This document shows, one piece after another, positions 30,676 through 44,051 of a stretch of DNA of 64,000 nucleotides. The notes under the pieces are model-generated. The model made no database searches. It saw nothing but the letters and a program-made list of their open reading frames with translations, and was not told where the DNA came from. The translations under genes and the position numbers were made by a program. Position 1 is the stretch's first letter. Every line of letters starts with the position of its first letter. The DNA comes from Actinomycetota bacterium (GTDB lineage Bacteria; Actinomycetota; Acidimicrobiia; Acidimicrobiales; Ilumatobacteraceae), in NCBI GenBank assembly GCA_041180605.1, contig JBEGRF010000051.1:36421-100420 (forward strand), in the 5' to 3' direction.

Positions 30676-30696
30676 CCTTAGCCGAGGCGGCTCAAC
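30676..30696. promoter_or_regulatory. Weak candidate HspR operator (degenerate HAIR-like inverted repeat) upstream of dnaK
   Basis: CCTTAGCCGAGGCGGCTCAAC. One half (GTTGAGC on the other strand) resembles the CTTGAGT half of the CTTGAGT-N7-ACTCAAG consensus. The other half is degenerate. Confidence 0.25.
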
Positions 30697-30716
30697 TTTC
30701 GGGTTGGTGGCGCTAG

Positions 30717-32594
<1,878 letters not shown>

Positions 32595-32621
32595 TCGTCG
32601 CCGTTACCGAGCACCTAGATC

Positions 32622-33170
32622 ATGGCTGACGAGACCACCACGTCGAATCCGGAGGGCGCTGACGGCGCCACCCCTCACGCCGAAACGGCGCCCTCCGGTG
32701 AAACTCCCGTCACCGACGAGGCAGGCAGCGACCGCTTCGGCGTGAGCGACGTGCTCGATGCCGTCACCAAAGAACGCGACGAATTCAAGAACCTCGCGTT
32801 GCGCCTGCAGGCCGACTTCGAGAATTTCCGCAAGCGGGCGACTGCACAGATGGTCGACGACGTCGACCGAGCGACTGGTCGAATCGTCGAGTCGATCCTC
32901 CCCGTCCTGGACGCGTGCGAAGCCGCCGCGGCGCACGGAGTGAAGGGCATCGAGTCGGTATGGTCGGCGCTCCTCGGAGCCTTGCAGAAGCAAGGTCTGG
33001 AAGCGCTCGACCTCGCCGAAAAGCCGTTCGACCCGGCGACTGCCGAAGCCGTCGTGCACGAACCAGCCGAAGGCGAGAGCCAGGGTCCGGTCGTGATCGA
33101 AGTGCTGCGCACGGGATACCGCTGGAAGGGGCGGGTCGTGCGTGCGGCAATGGTGAAGGTGAAGGGCTGA
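32622..33170 (+). CDS. grpE: Nucleotide exchange factor GrpE
   Basis: 182 aa. ...LRLQADFENFRKRA... with the typical C-terminal beta domain ...VLRTGYRWKGRVVRAAMVKV. Confidence 0.93.
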   Translation: MADETTTSNPEGADGATPHAETAPSGETPVTDEAGSDRFGVSDVLDAVTKERDEFKNLALRLQADFENFRKRATAQMVDDVDRATGRIVESILPVLDACEAAAAHGVKGIESVWSALLGALQKQGLEALDLAEKPFDPATAEAVVHEPAEGESQGPVVIEVLRTGYRWKGRVVRAAMVKVKG

Positions 33171-33201
33171 GGAATCTTTCAAGCAACGAGTCGAGGATGC
33201 G

Positions 33202-34290
33202 ATGACTGCACAACGAGAGTGGTTCGAGAAGGACTACTACGCGGTGCTCGGTGTCGCCCAGAACGCCTCGGCAAAGGACATCACGAAGGCGTACCGCAAA
33301 CTCGCGCGCCAATACCACCCAGACGCGAACCCCAACAACGCTGCTGCTGAAGAACGATTCAAAGAAATCTCTGCCGCCTACGACGTGCTCGGCGACGAAG
33401 AGCGCCGTCGAGAATATGACGAAGTGCGACGGCTCGGGCCGGGCGCCTTCGGCGGGCCGGGCAACGGTTCGTTCCGCTTCGACATGGGCGACATGGCCGG
33501 TGCGGGCGGATTGGGCGACTTGCTCGGCCAGATGTTCGGCGGAGCACGCCGCGGCGGTGCTGGTGTCGGGCCGCAACGCGGCTCCGATCTCGAGGCGGCA
33601 CTCACCATCGACTTCGTCGATGCGGCGAAGGGTCTCACGACCACGTTGCATCTCAATTCCGAGACCACTTGCTCCACGTGCCGCGGCTCGGGGGCGCGAC
33701 CCGGCACCAATCCGGTGCGCTGTACGTCGTGCAACGGACGCGGTGTCACCGAGATGAATCAAGGCGGCTTCGCCTTCTCCACCCCGTGCTCACGATGCGG
33801 CGGCCGAGGCGCGATGATCGAGCATCCGTGCTCCACGTGCCGCGGCTCGGGTGTCGAGATGCGAAACCGCGAAGTGAAAGTGCGCGTCCCGGCTGGCGTC
33901 GACGACGGCACGCGCATCCGCCTGAAAGGCAGGGGTGCGCCGGGCCGCAGCGGCGGACAACCAGGCGACCTCTTCGTCGTATGCTGGGTGACGCCGCACC
34001 CGCAGTTCACGCGCGACGGACAAAACTTGCACGTGCGCGTACCCGTGCCATTCACGTCCGCTGCGCTCGGCGCGGACGTGAACGTGCCGACGCTCGAAGG
34101 TGATGTAGTCACGTTGCGGTTGCGGCCAGGCACGCAACCCGGGAGCCGACACCGAGTGAAAGGTCGCGGCATCGTCTCTGAACGAAAAACCGGCGACCTC
34201 ATCGTCACCGTCGACATCGTCGTCCCGACATCACTCACCGAGCAACAGCGCGAAGCCCTGCTCGCTTTCGCCAAGGAGGAAGTCTCATGA
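33202..34290 (+). CDS. dnaJ: Molecular chaperone DnaJ
   Basis: J domain DYYAVLGV...YRKLARQYHPDAN. Zn-finger repeats CSTCRGSG, CTSCNGRG, CSRCGGRG, CSTCRGSG. Confidence 0.96.
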   Translation: MTAQREWFEKDYYAVLGVAQNASAKDITKAYRKLARQYHPDANPNNAAAEERFKEISAAYDVLGDEERRREYDEVRRLGPGAFGGPGNGSFRFDMGDMAGAGGLGDLLGQMFGGARRGGAGVGPQRGSDLEAALTIDFVDAAKGLTTTLHLNSETTCSTCRGSGARPGTNPVRCTSCNGRGVTEMNQGGFAFSTPCSRCGGRGAMIEHPCSTCRGSGVEMRNREVKVRVPAGVDDGTRIRLKGRGAPGRSGGQPGDLFVVCWVTPHPQFTRDGQNLHVRVPVPFTSAALGADVNVPTLEGDVVTLRLRPGTQPGSRHRVKGRGIVSERKTGDLIVTVDIVVPTSLTEQQREALLAFAKEEVS

Positions 34291-34679
34291 GCACGCAACC
34301 CGACCGCGACAACTACCGCATGGCCGTGTACGTCATCTCCGTAGCAGCCGAACTCTCCGGGATGCATCCGCAGACTCTGCGCAACTACGAGCGCGTCGGC
34401 TTGCTGAATCCTGCCCGCACGCAAGGCGGCAATCGTCGCTACAGCGAAGCCGATATCGCCAGGCTGCATCGCATCGCCCAACTGGTCGACGCCGGGCTGA
34501 ACCTCGAAGGGATCCGTCAAGTGCTCGAGCTCGAGCACCAAGTCGCGGAACTGCGCAAGCAGGTGGATGCATTGCGTGATCACGTCTCGCGCGAGCGCGC
34601 ATCGCGCGGCGAACTGGTGCCGACCCGGCAGGTGTTGTCGGTCTTCGCCCGACGTACCGGTTTCTTCGGAGAGCGCTGA
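34287..34679 (+). CDS. hspR: MerR-family heat-shock repressor HspR
   Basis: ATGA overlap with the dnaJ stop. HTH YVISVAAELSGMHPQTLRNYERVGLLNPARTQGGNRRYS. The position after dnaJ is conserved. Confidence 0.9.
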   Translation: MSTQPDRDNYRMAVYVISVAAELSGMHPQTLRNYERVGLLNPARTQGGNRRYSEADIARLHRIAQLVDAGLNLEGIRQVLELEHQVAELRKQVDALRDHVSRERASRGELVPTRQVLSVFARRTGFFGER

Positions 34680-34694
34680 CGAGGAGGCTGCACG

Positions 34695-37190
<2,496 letters not shown>

Positions 37191-37197
37191 TCGAGGG

Positions 37198-38517
37198 TCA
37201 GCGTTCGCGCACGGCGTTGCCGTGGGCCGGAAAACCTTCGTGATCAGCCAACGCTTCGATCGTCGGCCGCATCCGTCGGAGCGCTTGCGCGGAGGCAGAC
37301 GCGACCGCGGTCGTCTTCAAGAACGCAGCTGCAGTGATGCCCGACGACACCGCCGCAAAGCCGCTCGTCGGGAGTGATGCCGGCACACCGAGCACGAAGT
37401 TGGCCGCAGAGAACGGCGTGTTTTGCCCGATCAACATCTCGCCGGCATGGTGGATGCGTGCCGCCACGTCGTCGGCATGCGGAGCATCGATCGCCAGCTG
37501 CAGGTGCTCGGGAGCGAACATGTTCACCACGTCGCAGGCCTCGGCGAGCGTTCCGACGAGGATCGAACCGCCGTTGACGCCAAGCGAAGCACGAGCCGCG
37601 CGGGCTCGCGACTCGGGGAGACGTGCGATCAACTTCTCGAGGTGAACGTCAATTGCGTCGATTAACCCGCGGTCAGTTGCGACGAGCACGACGCACGAGT
37701 CTTCGCCGTGCTCGGCCTCGATCAACAAGTCGAGGGCGGCACGCCGCGCGTCGGTGGAGTCGTCGGCGACCACCATGCTCTCGGTCGGGCCGAGCACCAT
37801 CATCGTCACGACACCGTGGCGCTGCATCTCGACTTGCGCTGCGGTGACAGCAGGGCTGCCGGGCCCGACGACCTTGCGCACCGCCGGAATCCCTGCGGTG
37901 CCGAAGCCAAGTGCGGCAATGGCAGCTGGACCGTTCGCTCGGTACACCTCTTGTATTCCGAGCAGGCGACACACGACCAGCACTGCTGGATCGACGCGCC
38001 CAGAACCGTCGGGCATCGGGGGCACGACCAACGCGATACGGGGGACTCCGGCGACGATCGCCGGCACGGCGAGCTGATACGCGACCGACGGATAACTCGC
38101 CTTGCCGCTCGGCACGAACAGCCCGACCGATTCGATCGCCGTCACCTTCTCACCGACGCGTGCGCCAGGCTCGATCTCCATCGACCAGTCGCTGAAACGT
38201 GAGCGAACGACCTCGTTGTAACGACGCACATGGTCGATCGCATCGCCGAGTGCGGTCTGCATGGCGTCACCCACAGTCGCGCCCATGATGTCGTCGGTGT
38301 CGACCCTCAGTTGGTCCGTACGAAGAGAGACTCCGTCGAACTTCCGGGTCGCGTCGCAGACGGCTTCGTCGCCACGTGCGCGAACGTCGTCCACCAACGC
38401 CGCGATCTCGTTACGCAGCGACGGAGAAATGACGTCGCTGATCTTGCGCTGTCCGAACGACAAGCGATCAGCTGCACTCATCGTCGCCCACTCGCGTCGT
38501 CGCAGTACGGCGCTCAC
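37198..38517 (-). CDS. Histidinol dehydrogenase family protein (divergent paralog)
   Basis: 439 aa. HisD-like blocks VVGPGSPAVTAAQ, LGPTESMVVAD, DLLIEAEHGEDS, APEHLQL, AHGNAV. The GDY...NHVLPT block is altered (see findings). It is not in a his operon context. Confidence 0.8.
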   Translation of the reverse strand: MSAVLRRREWATMSAADRLSFGQRKISDVISPSLRNEIAALVDDVRARGDEAVCDATRKFDGVSLRTDQLRVDTDDIMGATVGDAMQTALGDAIDHVRRYNEVVRSRFSDWSMEIEPGARVGEKVTAIESVGLFVPSGKASYPSVAYQLAVPAIVAGVPRIALVVPPMPDGSGRVDPAVLVVCRLLGIQEVYRANGPAAIAALGFGTAGIPAVRKVVGPGSPAVTAAQVEMQRHGVVTMMVLGPTESMVVADDSTDARRAALDLLIEAEHGEDSCVVLVATDRGLIDAIDVHLEKLIARLPESRARAARASLGVNGGSILVGTLAEACDVVNMFAPEHLQLAIDAPHADDVAARIHHAGEMLIGQNTPFSAANFVLGVPASLPTSGFAAVSSGITAAAFLKTTAVASASAQALRRMRPTIEALADHEGFPAHGNAVRER

Positions 38518-38612
38518 GTCACGAAACTATCGGTGTTATCGCTGTTTTCTGCCCTGAAGATGCACATCTGCGTGTAGGCTTTCTCCACGTTCCCTTCAAG
38601 CCAGGAGCGTCA

Positions 38613-39893
38613 ATGCCCGTCACCGTCGTAGTCGGCACCCAGTGGGGAGACGAGGGCAAAGCCAAGATCATCGACCTGCTGTCGGGCACCCACAGTCATG
38701 TGGTGCGCTACCAAGGTGGCCACAACGCTGGTCACACCGTGGTGGTCGGTTCCGAACGCTACGCGCTGCAGCTCGTGCCCAGCGGCGTTCTGTATCCGCA
38801 CGTCACTCCGGTCATCGGCAACGGGGTCGTCGTCGACCTGCCGACGCTCTTTTCGGAGATTGACGCGCTCGAAAAACGGGGCGTGTCGTGCTCGGGCCTG
38901 CGCGTCTCGACCCTCGCGCACCTCATCTTCCCGTGGCATCAGCGGCACGACGCCATCAGCGAAGCATTGCGCGGTGAGTCAAAACTCGGCACCACGCTGA
39001 AAGGCATCGGACCCGCCTATGCCGACAAGGTGAAGCGCATCGGGGTGCGTGCCGGCGACGTGCGCGACCGAGAACGCTTCTGCGCACTCGTCAAAGAGCG
39101 CGCGACGCAGGAAAACGAGCTGTTCGCTTCGCTCGGGGAAGAACTTCTCGACGTCGACCAGATCGTGCGTCGTTACGACGAATACGGTCGCCGTCTGGTT
39201 CCGCACTTGTCCGACACGGTCAACCTGCTGCACGCAGCGCTCGGAACCGGCGCCTCGATCTTGCTCGAAGGTGCGCAAGCGACGTTCCTCGACATCGATC
39301 ACGGAACGTACCCGTACGTCACGTCGTCGAACCCCACTGCCGGCGGCGCATGCGCGGGAAGCGGTATCGGTCCTCGTCACATCACCCGCGTGGTCGGCAT
39401 CGCAAAGGCGTACACCACTCGCGTGGGTGCCGGACCCTTCCCCACCGAAATGCATGGTGAGACTGCCGATCGAGTAGTCGACATCGGCAGGGAGTTCGGC
39501 ACGGTGACGGGCCGTCGCCGTCGGCCGGGCTGGCTCGACCTCGTGATGTTGCGCCACGCAGTGCGCGTGAACTCGTTGACAGACATCGCGCTCACGAAAC
39601 TCGACGTGCTCGACGATTTCGATGACATCAAGGTGTGCACGGGCTATGTGCTCGACGGCCGCACGCTCGATTCGTTCCCCGACGACGCCGATACCCTCGC
39701 TCGCGTTGAGTGCGTGTATGCGTCATTGCCCGGTTGGAAACGGCAGTTGCGCCGTTGCAAACGCGAGAGCGACCTGCCCGAGCAAGTGTTGGCGCTGCTC
39801 GCGCTCGTCGAAAGCCTCACTGGGGTGCCAGTGAGCGTGGTCGGCGTAGGTCCGGAACGCGATGACGTGGTCGTGCGCGGTACTCGAGCATGA
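38613..39893 (+). CDS. purA: Adenylosuccinate synthase
   Basis: ATG 38613 after AGGAG. VVVGTQWGDEGKAKIIDLL, GGHNAGHTV, GTTLKGIGPAY. Confidence 0.96.
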   Translation: MPVTVVVGTQWGDEGKAKIIDLLSGTHSHVVRYQGGHNAGHTVVVGSERYALQLVPSGVLYPHVTPVIGNGVVVDLPTLFSEIDALEKRGVSCSGLRVSTLAHLIFPWHQRHDAISEALRGESKLGTTLKGIGPAYADKVKRIGVRAGDVRDRERFCALVKERATQENELFASLGEELLDVDQIVRRYDEYGRRLVPHLSDTVNLLHAALGTGASILLEGAQATFLDIDHGTYPYVTSSNPTAGGACAGSGIGPRHITRVVGIAKAYTTRVGAGPFPTEMHGETADRVVDIGREFGTVTGRRRRPGWLDLVMLRHAVRVNSLTDIALTKLDVLDDFDDIKVCTGYVLDGRTLDSFPDDADTLARVECVYASLPGWKRQLRRCKRESDLPEQVLALLALVESLTGVPVSVVGVGPERDDVVVRGTRA

Positions 39894-41200
39894 TCGACCG
39901 TTACTCGCTCCCGGAGATGGACGCCATCTTTTCGGATGTCGCACGGTTCTCCCGTTATCTCGAGATCGAACTGCACGCGCTCGACGGCCAAGCGATCGTC
40001 GGGGCAGTTCCATCGACTGTTTCGGCAACGTGTCGTGCGCGCGCACCGAAAATTGACGAGGCGTTCGTTCGCGACGTGTCAGAACGTGAGGCAATCACGA
40101 ACCATGACGTGGCCGCATTCGTCGACGTCGTCCAGCAGCGGATCAGTGGCGCGGAGGCAGCGTGGCTGCACCATGGCCTGACGAGCAGTGACGTCGTCGA
40201 TACGGCCTGGTGTGCGATGCTGCGTGACGCCGCCGAACTCATCGATGCGGCTCTCGGAGAACTCGTCGGTGTGCTGGTGCGCGAGGCGCGCAAGCATCGC
40301 GACACCCCGATGATTGGGCGCACCCACGGAATCCACGCCGAGCCCACCACGTTCGGCTCGAAGGTCGCGTTATGGGCCTTGCAGATCGATCGAGATCGTC
40401 GACGAATGAAAGCCGCTCAGTACACCATTGCGGTCTGCAAATTGTCTGGTGCGGTCGGCACCTACAGCAACATCGACCCACGCGTCGAAGATCATGTGGC
40501 ACGAGCAATGAACCTGCGCGCCGTGCCGGCGACACAAGTGGTGAGCCGCGATCGACATGCCGAGTTTCTCTACGCTTGTGCGAGCATCGCCGACACAGTC
40601 GAGATGATCGCTATCGAATTACGAAACTTGCAGCGCACCGAAGTATCGGAAGTGCGTGAAGGCTTCGGCGCAGGGCAGAAGGGCAGCTCTGCAATGCCGC
40701 ACAAGCGCAACCCGATCTCCGCTGAGACGCTCTCGGGCCTCGCACGAGTGGTGCGCGGAAACTTGCAAGCCGGCCTGCAGAACGTCGCGTTGTGGCACGA
40801 GCGCGATATTTCGCATTCGTCGGTTGAGCGCATCATCCTGCCCGACACCGCGACGCTTGCGTACTACATGGTGAAACGTCTGGCACGGCTGGTCGCCAAC
40901 TGGGAAGTCGACACGAGGCAGATGCTCAGCAATCTCGAGATGACTCGCGGCGCGATCTTTTCCCAATCGGTGCTGCTCGCCCTCGTCGAATCTGGGATGT
41001 CGCGCGATGACGCCTATCGAGTGGTGCAAGATGCGGCGCGACAGTCGCATGAGACCGGTTCGCACCTGTGCGACGTGCTCGCCGCGATGCCTGTCGCGTC
41101 GCAAGCGCTGGATGCCGCAAGGCTCGCATCCATCTTTGACACATCGCGAGTGCTGCGCTATGCGGGCCGCGCGGTCGACGCACTCAGCGAACTCGACTGA
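39890..41200 (+). CDS. purB: Adenylosuccinate lyase
   Basis: ATGA overlap with the purA stop. Fumarate-lyase signature GSSAMPHKRNP. Confidence 0.95.
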   Translation: MIDRYSLPEMDAIFSDVARFSRYLEIELHALDGQAIVGAVPSTVSATCRARAPKIDEAFVRDVSEREAITNHDVAAFVDVVQQRISGAEAAWLHHGLTSSDVVDTAWCAMLRDAAELIDAALGELVGVLVREARKHRDTPMIGRTHGIHAEPTTFGSKVALWALQIDRDRRRMKAAQYTIAVCKLSGAVGTYSNIDPRVEDHVARAMNLRAVPATQVVSRDRHAEFLYACASIADTVEMIAIELRNLQRTEVSEVREGFGAGQKGSSAMPHKRNPISAETLSGLARVVRGNLQAGLQNVALWHERDISHSSVERIILPDTATLAYYMVKRLARLVANWEVDTRQMLSNLEMTRGAIFSQSVLLALVESGMSRDDAYRVVQDAARQSHETGSHLCDVLAAMPVASQALDAARLASIFDTSRVLRYAGRAVDALSELD

Positions 41201-41205
41201 CGATC

Positions 41206-41775
41206 ATGACCCAATTGCCCGCGCTCGACCCGCTTCGTGAACGCCTGCGTCAGCACGTGCTCACGCATTCGCTGAAGACCGGCAGTTTCACTTTGAAAAG
41301 TGGTCGTTCGAGCAACTGGTTCTTGGACACCAAGCAGACCGCCTGCCGACCCGACGGAATCGTGCTCGTCGCCGATCTGGCGCTTTCAATCCTCCCTTCA
41401 GATGCCACCGCAATCGGCGGTCTCACCATGGGTGCCGACCCCGTCGCCTACGGAGTTGCCGCGGTCGCCGCGTCACGCGGGCGCGCGCTGCGCAGCTTCA
41501 GCGTGAGGAAAGAAGCAAAGGATCACGGTGTGAAAGGGCGCATCGCCGGCGCACTCCAACCCGGCGACAAGGTGGTCATCGTCGAAGACACCGTCACGCG
41601 CGGCACGTCGATCTTCGAGGCCGTCGAAGCGGTGAAAGAGTTCGGCGCACATCCCGTGTTCATCACGGTGGTCGTCGATCGTGGCGGCACGTGCGCGGCG
41701 ATGGCCCGTGACGCAGGGATTGCCTATGAGTCGATGCTCACCGCGCCACAACTCGGCTACGACTACAACTCGTAA
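41206..41775 (+). CDS. pyrE: Orotate phosphoribosyltransferase
   Basis: 189 aa. PRPP-binding motif KVVIVEDTVTRGTS. Confidence 0.92.
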   Translation: MTQLPALDPLRERLRQHVLTHSLKTGSFTLKSGRSSNWFLDTKQTACRPDGIVLVADLALSILPSDATAIGGLTMGADPVAYGVAAVAASRGRALRSFSVRKEAKDHGVKGRIAGALQPGDKVVIVEDTVTRGTSIFEAVEAVKEFGAHPVFITVVVDRGGTCAAMARDAGIAYESMLTAPQLGYDYNS

Positions 41776-41844
41776 TCACTTTCGTTCTTCGGCGCGCAGA
41801 CGTGGCGCACCCACGTGAATAGCTGATGCGCGAGCGCACCACAC

Positions 41845-41920
41845 TGGTGGTCGGGACCGGCGTCGATCCGGTGACCCCGCGCTTTTCAGGCGCGTGCTCT
41901 GCCAACTGAGCTACCCGACC
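41845..41920 (-). tRNA. tRNA-Phe (anticodon GAA), CCA encoded
   Basis: Reverse complement GGTCGGGTAGCTCAGTTGGCAGAGCACGCGCCTGAAAAGCGCGGGGTCACCGGATCGACGCCGGTCCCGACCACCA. Confidence 0.93.
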
Positions 41921-41945
41921 ATGATTCGGTGTTTCCACCGTCTCG

Positions 41946-42020
41946 CGGTCCCGACGGGATTTGAACCCGCGACCTCCGGCTTGACAGGCCGGCGTGAACT
42001 CCAAACTTCACCACGGGACC
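41946..42020 (-). tRNA. tRNA-Asp (anticodon GTC)
   Basis: Reverse complement GGTCCCGTGGTGAAGTTTGGAGTTCACGCCGGCCTGTCAAGCCGGAGGTCGCGGGTTCAAATCCCGTCGGGACCG. Confidence 0.93.
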
Positions 42021-42046
42021 AGATTCGTTGTCGAAACTGATCTTCG

Positions 42047-42119
42047 CACCCCCAACGGGATTCGAACCCGTGCCGCCACCTTGAAAGGGTGGTGTCCTAG
42101 GCCTCTAGACGATGGGGGC
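42047..42119 (-). tRNA. tRNA-Glu (anticodon TTC)
   Basis: Reverse complement GCCCCCATCGTCTAGAGGCCTAGGACACCACCCTTTCAAGGTGGCGGCACGGGTTCGAATCCCGTTGGGGGTG. It has a G1-U72 wobble at the top of the acceptor stem. Confidence 0.9.
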
Positions 42120-42221
42120 AAGGATCTGTATCTCGTTGGAAGAGCATCTGAAATCTACCAGCGAGTTCTGACCAGCACTCAAGCCTCTCCTGTCGCCACA
42201 GCGTGCAAGTCAGAGGAGGGT

Positions 42222-42704
42222 TCACTCGCGCAACTCGTCGAGCGAGGCGTGAAGGAGCCAGCCGAGGTAGTCGTACACCTCGCGCTGCGGTTGGCTGGCG
42301 TCATCGCCTGACCCATCTTCGGCCGAGTCGTCATCGTCCTCGCTCACATCGAGCAGCGTGCCGAGCACGAGACGCATCGAATTGAGCGCTCGGACGAATC
42401 GTTCCAGCTCCTCGGTACGAAACACTCGCTCGGGCGACAACAATTGCACTGCCTCGTCGATTGCCGCAATGTGCGAGTCGGCGATGTCCCCGTGCGTCAA
42501 GCGCACGTACTCATCGTTCAATCTCTGGTCATCGTGGTACGCCGAGGGGAAGAGGCGCTTCATATGCTCGCCGACCTGCTCGGGCGGTACTCCTCTTGCA
42601 GCGACTACCTCGCCGCGCAACTCTCCGAACAGCCGTGCGATGATCTCCCGCGAGTGGTCGTCAATGCCGAGGCGCAAACCGCCTTCGACGTGCTGAAAAA
42701 TCAT
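42222..42704 (-). CDS. Acidic protein coupled to clpS (DUF2017-like by position)
   Basis: ATG 42704 ([22 protein letters not shown]) overlaps the clpS stop as ATGA. Acidic tail [15 protein letters not shown]. The upstream ORF extension is Arg-rich and lies inside clpS. The family name is from recollection. Confidence 0.7.
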   Translation of the reverse strand: MIFQHVEGGLRLGIDDHSREIIARLFGELRGEVVAARGVPPEQVGEHMKRLFPSAYHDDQRLNDEYVRLTHGDIADSHIAAIDEAVQLLSPERVFRTEELERFVRALNSMRLVLGTLLDVSEDDDDSAEDGSGDDASQPQREVYDYLGWLLHASLDELRE

Positions 42705-42982
42705 GCGTCTTCCCGCTGCATGGTGGCCCACAAGCCGTGCTCGTGCAGTCGTTGTACGTCGACCTCGGCCCGTTCTCTGGTTCCGTTCGAAACTACGGCG
42801 CGGCCCTTTTCGTGAACGTCGAGCATTAACGCCGTCGCTTTCTCGAGGCTGTAGCCGAACAATTTCTGGAACACCCACGTCACGTACGACATGAGATTGA
42901 TCGGATCGTTCCAGACGATGACGACCCACGGACGATCGATGCCGACGTCCGTCCCGCGCTCGACATCGGTGACGGTCGACAT
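42701..42982 (-). CDS. clpS: ATP-dependent Clp protease adaptor ClpS
   Basis: ATG 42982. [47 protein letters not shown]. Confidence 0.92.
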   Translation of the reverse strand: MSTVTDVERGTDVGIDRPWVVIVWNDPINLMSYVTWVFQKLFGYSLEKATALMLDVHEKGRAVVSNGTRERAEVDVQRLHEHGLWATMQREDA

Positions 42983-43041
42983 ACTTCCATTGTGCCGACG
43001 CAAGGTCCCGTGGCCCCCGAGTCCTCCTAGCCTTCTAGCGC

Positions 43042-43974
43042 GTGGTGCTCGGTCGACCTCTCGTCCCATCACGATTGACGAGCTCGTTCGCCCACGTGGG
43101 ATCGCGTCCCGCACGCACGCAGATCGGCGCGTACGTCATGCTGACCAAGCCGCGGATCATTGAACTGCTGCTCATTACCACCGTGCCGACGATGGTGCTC
43201 GCCCAGGGCGGGTGGCCGGACACGTGGCTCGTCGTGCTCACGGTGCTCGGGGGCGCGCTCGCCGCCGGCGGTGCGAACGCCATAAATATGTACATCGACC
43301 GCGACATCGACCACTTGATGGAGCGCACGAAGAATCGTCCTCTCGTCACGGGTCGCGTGGCGCCACGCAACGCACTCATCTTCGCTGTGACCCTCGAAGT
43401 GCTGTCATTCATCGTGCTTGCTGCCTCGTCGAACGTGCTCGCCGGGCTGCTTGCGATTGGTGCGACTCTTTTCTATGTCTTTGTCTATTCGCTCTGGTTG
43501 AAACGCACCTCGCGGCAGAACATCGTCATCGGCGGTGCAGCGGGCGCCGCCCCTGTTCTTGTCGGTTGGGCCGCGGTCACCAACGATGTCTCGTGGTCGG
43601 CGGTCGTCCTCTTTCTCGTCATCTTCTTTTGGACTCCGCCGCATTTCTGGGCACTCGCGATACGCCACGTCGATGAGTACCGCGCGGCATCGGTGCCGAT
43701 GCTGCCCGTCGTCGAAACTTTGGCTCGCACGGTGCGCACCATGGGGCTGTATTCCGTCGCGGTTGCGCTCGCGTCGTGGGCGCTGATTCCGATGAACGAC
43801 ATGGGTGTCATTTACACCGTGGCATCGTTCGTGCTCGGCATCGCGTTCGTAGCGCTGACCTTCGGTCTCGGTCGAGCACCCAGTCCCTCGGCCGCGATGC
43901 GCGTGTTCTCGTTCTCCATTACCTACGTCACGCTGCTTTTTCTCGCCGTGATGATCGATGTGCTCGTGCGCTAG
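43042..43974 (+). CDS. ctaB: Protoheme IX farnesyltransferase (heme O synthase)
   Basis: [14 protein letters not shown]..., [23 protein letters not shown], polytopic. The exact start is uncertain (GTG 43042, 43045 or 43096). Confidence 0.92.
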   Translation: MVLGRPLVPSRLTSSFAHVGSRPARTQIGAYVMLTKPRIIELLLITTVPTMVLAQGGWPDTWLVVLTVLGGALAAGGANAINMYIDRDIDHLMERTKNRPLVTGRVAPRNALIFAVTLEVLSFIVLAASSNVLAGLLAIGATLFYVFVYSLWLKRTSRQNIVIGGAAGAAPVLVGWAAVTNDVSWSAVVLFLVIFFWTPPHFWALAIRHVDEYRAASVPMLPVVETLARTVRTMGLYSVAVALASWALIPMNDMGVIYTVASFVLGIAFVALTFGLGRAPSPSAAMRVFSFSITYVTLLFLAVMIDVLVR

Positions 43975-44051
43975 TTCTGCGCACTGCCCGACACGCTGAG
44001 CCTGCAACAGACCTCGGCCAAAACGGTCGATTTGAGTAGCCTTGCGGGACG

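Noticed and set aside
41738-42004. 88-aa minus-strand ORF over the tRNA cluster; likewise 25207..25512 (+) over tRNA-Gly.
   Set aside because: These sequences fold into canonical tRNAs (Phe, Asp, Gly), so the ORFs are coincidental.
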